A DNA stretch of 64,000 nucleotides from Elusimicrobiota bacterium (lineage in GTDB: Bacteria > Elusimicrobiota > Elusimicrobia > UBA1565 > JACRDR01), in assembly GCA_016194745.1 (NCBI GenBank), contig JACQBA010000013.1, positions 128,822 through 192,821 of the forward strand, given 5' to 3'. The notes beneath the pieces were generated by a model. That model did no database searches and was not told where the DNA came from. It saw only the letters and a list, made by a program, of their open reading frames with translations. Numbering within the stretch: position 1 is the stretch's first letter; every line of letters starts with the position of its first letter. Made by a program: the position numbers and the translations under genes. Below are positions 52,201 to 61,200 of this stretch, piece after piece.

Positions 52201-55200
52201 CGCGCCGGCCGCGCCTAGAACCAAGGCAATCCCTACGCCTCGCGATACGCGGCCGAACGTCGCGCGAGATTGCGCCGGGCGGTTCTGCGCCCCGTTCACG
52301 TACTCTGAAAGCTGAGCATGAGTGAGTCCAGTCGCCTCGGGCTTAGCCGAGACGGCCTTGTCGACCCAGACCTCGAAGCGGGCGCGATCAAGCCCGGCTA
52401 CGCCGCTGTCCCGGAGCCAATTGGCCGTCTGAAGCAGGAACCGCGCGGGAGGCTCATAGTGGCCGGACCGGTCGTTAAAGACCACGCCCTCGCCGCCCAC
52501 GACAAACTCCCCCACCCCGGCGACTTTCCGGCCGCCGGAGAGCGAGCTGTGCTTCCATTCGCGCCGGTCCGGCACGAGCCGCGCGATCCAGCGCCCGATC
52601 GCGGTCCGAGACGCCGGCGCAGGCGCGTTCATCGCCACCGCGTAGAGGCCGAGCGGATGATCGGCGCTCGGCACGAGGACGAACAGGTAGCGGCCCCTCG
52701 GGAGCTTTTGGCCCGCCGCATCGACGGGATCGCCGAACCGGTCGAAGGAGACCCGGTACGCCTTTCGCTGCGCGTCGCCCAAGCCGTATTCCCTGCCCGC
52801 GAAGAGCTTCTTGTGCATTAAATAGATGCCCTGATTTCCTTCCATGGCCCGCCACTCGAGGCGCCCGAATTCCGGCGCGCTCCGCCGCTTGCCGAACACG
52901 GGGGCGCCGGGCGCCGCCGCAGGCGCGCGGACCGCGCCCGAGGCGGACGGTTCCGAAATCCGCCGCGAGGAGAGGAGGCTCCGCACGCCTCGGACGACGG
53001 CTACGACGGCGATCGTGGCGAGCGCGGCCGCGCCGAAGTCGACCAGAAGCGACGCGTCGATGAGATGCCGGACGCCGAACTCCGCCGCATGGGCGCCGCC
53101 GATCATCTTCGGGCCAAGGAGTCCCCCGAAGGCGCCCCACGCCGCCAAGGTCGCCATGCCGCGCCACCTGCCTCCGGCGGGGCGAGGCGGCTCCGGCGCG
53201 GGCCGGCTCGTCGCCGGCGCCGAGCTCTCCGGGGCTACATGCTCCTCGGGATGCGCCATATGCACGCGACCCAGCGCCACCATGCGCTCGTAGGCCCGGC
53301 GCAGCGGCATGGGATCGACGCCTAGGAGCTTCGCGTACTCATAGATGTGCCGCGTGAAGATCGCGTTCTGCTCCGCCGGAATTTCGCTGCGATGGGGAGG
53401 CGCTTCGGTCGAGTCGAAGTCGAACGCGACCCACAGGTTCATGTTGTCGCGGCTTCGCACCGTGGAGATCCCCTCGCGGCCGGTATAGAGGCCCAGGCGT
53501 GTATTGATGATGTGGGAGAAGACGGCGTACTGAGCCGCCGACCGGAGCAGCAGCCGGTTGGCCGCGGCCTTGAACTTGGGCGAGCCGTGGTCGCCGGAAT
53601 ACTCGAGACCCATCCGGCGGAAATACGGCGCGAGGAGCTCCGGCTCGCGCAGAATCTCCGCGAGCCTTGTGGGCAAGAGCGCGCTGTAGGCCGTCAGCGT
53701 ATGCGTATCGACGATCCGGCGCGGGACAGAACCGATATGCTCCAGCGCGGCGCCGTGTCGTACGATCACGACGCCCTTCGGCGCGGCGACGCCCTTGATC
53801 TGGAATCGCTCGCGCCAAGCCCTGCCGGCGTCGGTCTCGTGCTCCACGAAAACGGGCACGCCGATCGGCTTGAAGGCGGCGGCGGGATTGATGAAAACAT
53901 CCGAATTGCCGCCGAGTTTCCGCGCCGCGCGGAGCGCCCAATCCCCGCTGCGCTCCGCCACCTGGTACGTCGCCTCCATCTCGGAGAGCTTGAGCTCCGG
54001 CGCGTGGCTCTCCTCCTGGCCGCCTCGGAACGCCTGCGTGTTGATCCTCGCGCTGGCGTCGTAGCGGAAGCCGAGCACGAGGCCATCGCGGCGCGCCTTA
54101 TCCTCCTCCGCTTTGACTCCGACTCCCTTGACGACCGTATGCCACGGCGCCGGAGGCCCGCTCGCCTTGTCTTCGGAATGCAGGGAGCGGTTGTGAGTCC
54201 TGCTGCCGACATACGGGCTAGGGTCCTGTAGCGGCACGAGGAACACGTCTTTGACGTCCGTGTTGCCCGCCGCCAGATACTCCGAGAGCGCCTTGGGATC
54301 GGCCCGCCAGAGAATCTCTCCCTTTCTACCGAGCTGATCGGAGAGCGGGATCACGTGACCGTTGCGGATCATCTCGGCAAGCCGCACCTCGTCGAAGATC
54401 CGGTCGATCCGCGCCGGGACCTTCACCGAGCCCGGGATCTCGGTCCCGATGCCCGCGTCCGGGTGGGTCGTGTCCTTGAGTGGCGGGAGGTTCGGGAACT
54501 CCGCGTCGATCGCGAGCTGCGTCAGGCGCAACAAGTTCTCGCCCGGCCGCCCCGTCATGAGCGCACGCACGTCCGACTCGAACCGGGAGGATCCCGCCAT
54601 CAATCCCGGGGCCGCCAAGACGACGTCGAGAAGCGCCGGCTCGTTCGCGGCGAGCTCTCGCGCGGCCGCGAAGGCGCGGACAGTCGCCTCGAATTGCGCT
54701 TCGCTGAGCCCGGATTTCGAAAAGCGCTCGGCGAACGCCTCGACCGACGGTTCCGCGGCGCGAGTCCACCTGTAGCGCCAACCCATATCGTCGTCCCGCA
54801 CGACCACGTCTCCGCCTACTTCGAGCCCCACCGTCGCCGAGCGAGTACGGTGGTTCGAGGGGAGCGTCTGTACGAGCTGGAGGTCCCTGAATACCCGGAG
54901 GCGCTGAGCCCGATCGAGGACGTAGACGTCACCGCGCGGATCGGAGGCGATCGAGAGAATCCGGTCGAAATGGGCGTCGTCTAGACCCGTCTCTCCGACC
55001 TTGCCGAATACCGCCACGCGCTTCAACCGGGCCTCGCGTCCGCTCTCAAGTTCGAAGACCTGGACCATGTGAGTCTCCGGCATCATCACATGGATCCGAT
55101 GCTTGCCGTCGACCACCGCGTCCGTGATCAACCCGGTCCGCTCGTTTCCGAAATCCGGCGAGGCCGCACCGATCCTCTTGAACTCCCCGCCGGACGCGGC

Positions 55201-58200
55201 GCCATCGTGGATCACCACGCTTCCGGCGCGGGAAACGACGACGATCCGTCCCTGGGAGTCGACGAACCCGGTCCGCCAGTTGCTCCGCTGGAAGTCCTTG
55301 ATCACACCCGCCGGCTTTAGCTCCGCGTCGAAGACGTCGATTTGGGCGTAATAGTTGTTCGGCACGAACAGCCGGCCGCGGCCGTCGACGAAGCCGTGGT
55401 CGCAGTGGAGGCACTCGAGCAGCGGAAGTTTCGACTTGCCGTCGGCTTCGAAGACGCGCACGCCCTTCAGCTCGGCGTCGTACCAGAACGACCGGCCCGC
55501 GCGATCCGTGGCGATGTGCTTCAGGCTCGAAAGCTTGTCGACGCGCTCGACCGGTTCGAGGCGGGACGCGCTCGCTGTCCCCTCAGGACCCTTGAGCGCC
55601 GCGCGAAGCTCGGAGGCGCGGACATCCGGGGGCTTAGCTTGGACGGTCGTCGTTTCGCGCGGTGCGACTGAGACTTCGCGATCGGCGTCTGCGCGATCCT
55701 GCGCCGCACGAGGACGAGCGGCCAGGAACAAGAATCCGCTGCGGCGGTCCACGCCCAAGAAACGTTGCCGCGAGGAACCGCGCATGCCCGGCCGCGAGAA
55801 GATCGCGGCGCCGGAGAAAGCAGTCTCCTTCGTTTCGAATCTGCCCTTGAACTGCTCCGGGCCGGCGCCGTCGCTGAACGACCAGTAGACCCCGTTGCGC
55901 GTGAGTTGGGCGTCGACCGCGGCGACGAGCTGGTCATGATCCCCTACCGGTAGCCGAGCGAACATGAGATCGGCCTTGGGCACGAGCGCTCCGGCCTCGG
56001 CAGTATGATGGACGCCGACGCCTCGCGGCGGGAAGCTCGTCATCGCTCGGTCCGGGATCACGGACACTCGGCGACGCGCGTCCCTGTAGAGAGTCCACGG
56101 ATTGAGGTACTTGAGTCCCCCGCGCAGCAGCACGTCCGGATTTCGCGCCAGCATCTCCCCCCACACGCCCACTAGGAAGCGCGGGAAGCTGGTGACCTGA
56201 CCATACGCTCCGCCCCATCCCTGGTTGCCGGGCTCGCTGACGACGATTCGGATGTCCGGACGCGCCATCAGCGGGATCGTCCACTCGTAATGGTCGTTGC
56301 CGGTGCCCGTCGCGTGGTATACCCCGTTTTGCGGGAGGAGACTGCGGTCCCGGAATATATCGTAGAGGACGCGCACGACGCCCTTGCCGGACAGGATATG
56401 CGCGTTGAAGCGCTCGACGTGGGCGTCAACGGGCCGCTGCTGCGCGTTCCCGGACTCGCTTCGTCCCGCGCGCTCGGCGCCGCGGCCGAACGCGTAGGAG
56501 AGGAGCCGCCTCGCCGCCCAGACCGCGCCGAGGGCCGCCAGGCCGAGCCCGCCGCTGACGAACCAGTCAGCGGCCACCATGGCCGGCGTCGACTCGAACC
56601 CGGCCTGCGCGACGCCGATGAATTCCCTCGCGAAGGTGAGCGCGCCGCCCGCGACGCCGAGCCACGCGAGCGCGTTCTTCGCCCGCACCGCGCGGTGCCA
56701 AACGTCCTTGTCGGTCCGAGCGGGGATATTGTCCGCGTCGAGCATGAAGTCGTCGTACATCTTGCCTTCGCCGAGGCCGTTCAGGCGGTTGATGCGGCGG
56801 CTTGCATTGCTCCACTCGGAGCTCAAGTCGACGCGGCCGCCGAAACGCGTCGCCATGAACTGCTCCGCCATTCCGAGCGGCCTCGAGAAGCGGGCTTCGA
56901 TCGAGTTGAGCAGGGCCTCGGCCGCGGGGCCCGTTCGCTGACGGAAGTAGAGATTGAGAAGCGTCGCCGGCTTGCCCTTCTCATTGAGAGCGAAGCCGCC
57001 GAAGGCGAAGCCGATCGCTCGCGTGCGGCCGGTGCCCGGGATCGGTTCCTCGACCAGGAACACAAAGGAGAGCGGGTCCCGCCACAGCATCGGCACGTGC
57101 GTCCTGCCGTCCGCCTTCCCGCTCGAGAAGCAGCAGGTCACAGCGTCGCCGAAGCGCATGAGCGGCAGGAGGTCCGCGGCCTTGTCCAAGTAGCGCAGAG
57201 TGACGGTCTTCGGCATCGTCGCCTTGCCGCCCGCGCGCGCCTTCTGGAGCTCGGCGAGCTGGCGGAACGCGTCGTTGAGCTCCCGCTCGACGCCGATCAG
57301 CCGCTCGCGCGCGAACGCGGGCACGCCCCGCTCGAACATCGTGGAGAGCAGGTATCCCAGCAAGGTCCCTGGCTCCACGGCGTTGTTCTTGCGTCCGATC
57401 TCGTCGTGGCGTTCCTCGACCCTGGCTCGGTCCTGGCCGGCGCGTTGGCGCACCTCGCGAGCGATCGCGGCGCGCTCGGAGCTGAGGCGGGCCAGGAGCG
57501 CCGCGGCGGGAGTCGCGTTGCGGTCGGACTCGAGCACGGATTGGAGCGGAAGATCGGGCAGCCCTTTCTTCACCCCGGCCTGCCAACGGGATTCCAGCCG
57601 GCGGACCGCCTGAGCGGCGAGGTCGGGGTGCTCTTCCTCGGCTCGGCGGAGCGCCGCGGCGAGCGTGGCCCCGTCCTTCGCGCGCTCGATCGCCTCCGCG
57701 GCCGACGCGTGAGCGGCGGCGCGCAGCGCCTCGACATAGGCGACGGACTTGAGCAGCGCCCCCACGGCGCCGCGGCCCAGGACCTCCCCGATCTGCTCTT
57801 CCAAGAGCCGGAGGGCTTCCGCGTCCGAGACGTCGATGCGGACCTGCCATTGCCGCTCCTCTCCCAGAGGGAACCGACCCTCGCGCAGGCGGTTGACGAT
57901 CTCCTTGGCCTTTTCGGACGAGAGACCTTGGGCCGTCAATGCGGCCTCGAGTTCACGCGCGGGACCCTCGACCCTCCAGCCCCGGCTCGCGTTGTTCAAC
58001 CGCTCCTGGAACTCGCCGAACGTGAAGTCGTGCGACAGAAACTCCACTTGGCCGCCCTTATAAAGGAAGTAGGCGACCGATTCCGCTCGGGAGGTCATGA
58101 GCCTGCTCAGCAGAGCGTCCGGGTCGCGAATGCCGGAGAGCTCCCGCCCGATCTCCGCCGCGCGGTCCAGGACGGCGGCGGGCTCTCGGCCGATGTCGAG

Positions 58201-61200
58201 CGCCGCGCCGGAGGCCGACTTCCAGGGGGCCGTTTGCAGCAGCTCGAGCATCGCCTTGTCCGGCAGGACCCGGTACCGCTCCACGACGAGCCTCAGGAGC
58301 GCGAGGTCCTGCTCCTCGAGCTTTACCTTCAGCGCATCCCTATCGCGAGAAGACAGCTCCCCGGCCTGGGCGACCACCCGGCCGCGCCGCGCGGCGAGGT
58401 ACGCGGAGAGTCCCTTCTCGACGTAGCCCGCTTGCTCGAGATTGCGGAGCAGGAGCCAGGCGACGTGGCGCGGCATCTCGGCGGAACCGAACCCGCCTTC
58501 GCCCGATGCCGCGCGGGCGAGCGCCGGAGCAGCTCCCGTCCGCGTCAGCGCATACAGGATCCGGTCGAGCGCCGCGCGCGATCCGCCCGCTGCCGCCGCG
58601 TCTGCGGCCTCGATCATCGACTCGATCGACTGCTGAGTCCCCAAGCGGACTTGGGCGTTGGTCGCCTCCTTAAGACGCCGATCGGATTGAGGCGATTTCT
58701 CGGCCAGCGCGCCGGCACGGACTTCCGCCGCGACGCGTCCCGCCAGGCTGGAGCGGTCGCTTCCGGGCGCGAGACTGCGGCCCGAGCGGAGCAGCATCCC
58801 CGCCCACGCGCGATCCGCGGCCGGAAGGGTCCGAAGCAGGGCTTCGTGCCGCTCCAGCGGGAGCCACAAGCCCAGCGCCCGGACGCCCCTCTCGTCGCGC
58901 GCGGCCGCCGACGCGGCGAAGCGCGCGGCGATCTCTCCGGTCCCGACGGCCGTCCGATCGGGCGAGAACCGGCGGAAGGCGCTCGACGCCCGCCACGCCT
59001 CTGCGGAGAGGCGCGCGGCGGCCGCTTCGTCCTTTGGATCCACCTGCGCGCCGCGCCGATACGGTTCCGGCTTTGCCGAGAGAGCCGCCTGCTCGTAGCG
59101 GGCGATCCTGGCGAAGTTCTTCGCCTGGCTTGGAGAGGTCATGGTGCGCCCGGCCGCGGCGATCGCGCGTTCGAAATAGGGCGCAGGGTCCAAGCCGGCC
59201 CGCATCGAGTAATCAGCGACGCGGAAGTAGGAGGCGGCGGCGTCGTAGTACTTGCTGTTCTTGGACCCATGGTCCGTATTCGGCATCAGCCCGGCGACCG
59301 AGCGGAAGGCGTCCTCGGCGCGAGCAAGCCAGTAACCCCTAGGCCGGCGGGTAGCCGCCTCGATCGCCGCCGCGGCCTGGGCGAGGAGCGGCGCGGCGTT
59401 GCGCCCCGCTTTCTGCTCGACCAGCGCCAATGCGGCGAGAGCCGCGGAGTGGTGCTCGACGGAACCTCTCTCGCGCTCCGGAATCTCCGCGGCCGACCTG
59501 ACGACGCCCGCGCGGATCTCCAGTTCGACGACGGTGCCGAAGGCGCGGTCCTTGACGATCGAATGGTGCTGGTTCTGCCACGCGCGCGCGACGCCCAGCA
59601 CGCGCGCGGCGTCGAGGCCCAAGTCCAGGTAGGCCGCCGCGAGATGCGCGTAGCTCTGGGTCCGGCCCTCGGGCGTCGGCCCGTATCCCGCTTGGTCCGA
59701 GGCGACCAAAGCCTCCGCCTCCCGGAGCGTCGCCGCCGGATCGAGCCCCTCCCTCTTTTCGGCGGCGGCCAGGCGGATCAGCGAGTCCAGCCGGTCCCGG
59801 AAGGACAGTCGCTGGATCGTACGGCGCGCCGCGTCGAAGTTGCCCGCGGCGAGCTCCGCCTCGAAGAAATCCTTGAAGACCGAGGAACGGCCCCATCCGT
59901 TCGACAGCTCACGGGGAGCCCGCTCCCGGAGCCGCTCCATCGCCTCGGCCGCGGCGAAACGGACCAAAATCGGATCGCCCCCCTCGAGTTCGGCGGCTCG
60001 GCGGTCCGGCGTCTCCGAAGGCCTCGCCGCCGACTCCGCGCCTCGAGCCATCTCCGGTCGGGCCGCCGGCCGCAGCACCCGCCTGGCCGCGGCGACAAGG
60101 CCGTAGACCGCGGCGGCCGCGACGACCCCGACCGCGAACGTCCCGGTCCAGTCGGCCGCCATCCCGCTAAAGACCTGGGCGCCGGCCGAGTCGGGCGTGA
60201 GCGCGCGGGCCAAGACCGCGAAAGCCGCGAGGACGCCCGCGCCGCGGCCCAGCTTTTGCAGCAGCGCTCCCAGCGTGCTGCCCCGCATGGCCGCGACCTG
60301 GGTGGCGAGGTCCCTCCGGGAACGGACCAGGAGTTCCACGGCGTCCTCAGGCTTCAAGTCCGAAAGAAGGTGGCGCGCGCTCCCCAACGCCTTGCTCAGC
60401 ACGTCGAATTCATCGCGGAGCGTCCCCTTGGAGGCCTCGACAAGACCGAGGAGGTTCATCAGCTTCTGCGCCGACGCGTCCTTCCCCAGGGCGATGGCCC
60501 GTACCTGTCTGATTGGGATCGAAACGTGGCGCGAACTCATCCTCGCCAGGATCGCGGCAGCTTCCGAATCGCTCGGCACTCCGATCCTCGTCTGCGCCAG
60601 CAGGCGGGCCGGGGCCGGAAGGCCGTTCAGAAGATCCTTGTAGGCGTAGAGCGCCAGGCGCAGCAGCGCGTCGCGGTCCGGCGCCGACAATCGTCCTACG
60701 AGCCCCAGGTCGATGAGGCTTATGCGTCCGTTCTTGTCGATGATCGCGTTGCCGCCGTGAAGGTCCGCGTGGAACACGCCGTCGAGCAGCACCTCCGCCA
60801 GGAACTCCCGCGCCAGGGCGCGCCGCACCTCGGCCGGTTCGTGCCCGAGCGCGCGGACCGCGGCCTCGTTGCCGACCACCGTCCCGTGGACGAGCTCCTC
60901 GACCATCACCAGGTTCCCGCCGAGGATCCTCGCCTGCGGGACGTAGAATTCGAAACTGCGTCGCGGCGACGCCGGGAGTCCCAGCGCCGCGAACACGGCC
61001 TGCGCGGCCTGGTCGAATCCGAGGCCCTCCTCTGCCTGCCGGGCGGCCACGTGGGCGCCGATCTCGATCTGATTGGCCTGTTCCTGCTTGAAGTCCAGCT
61101 CCTGCACGATCATCCTGCGGACGCGCTCCACGGTGTCGTCCGGGAGGCGGATCTTCTGGGATCGCAAGTACGCGTCCAAGGACTCGATGACCCCGCGGAG

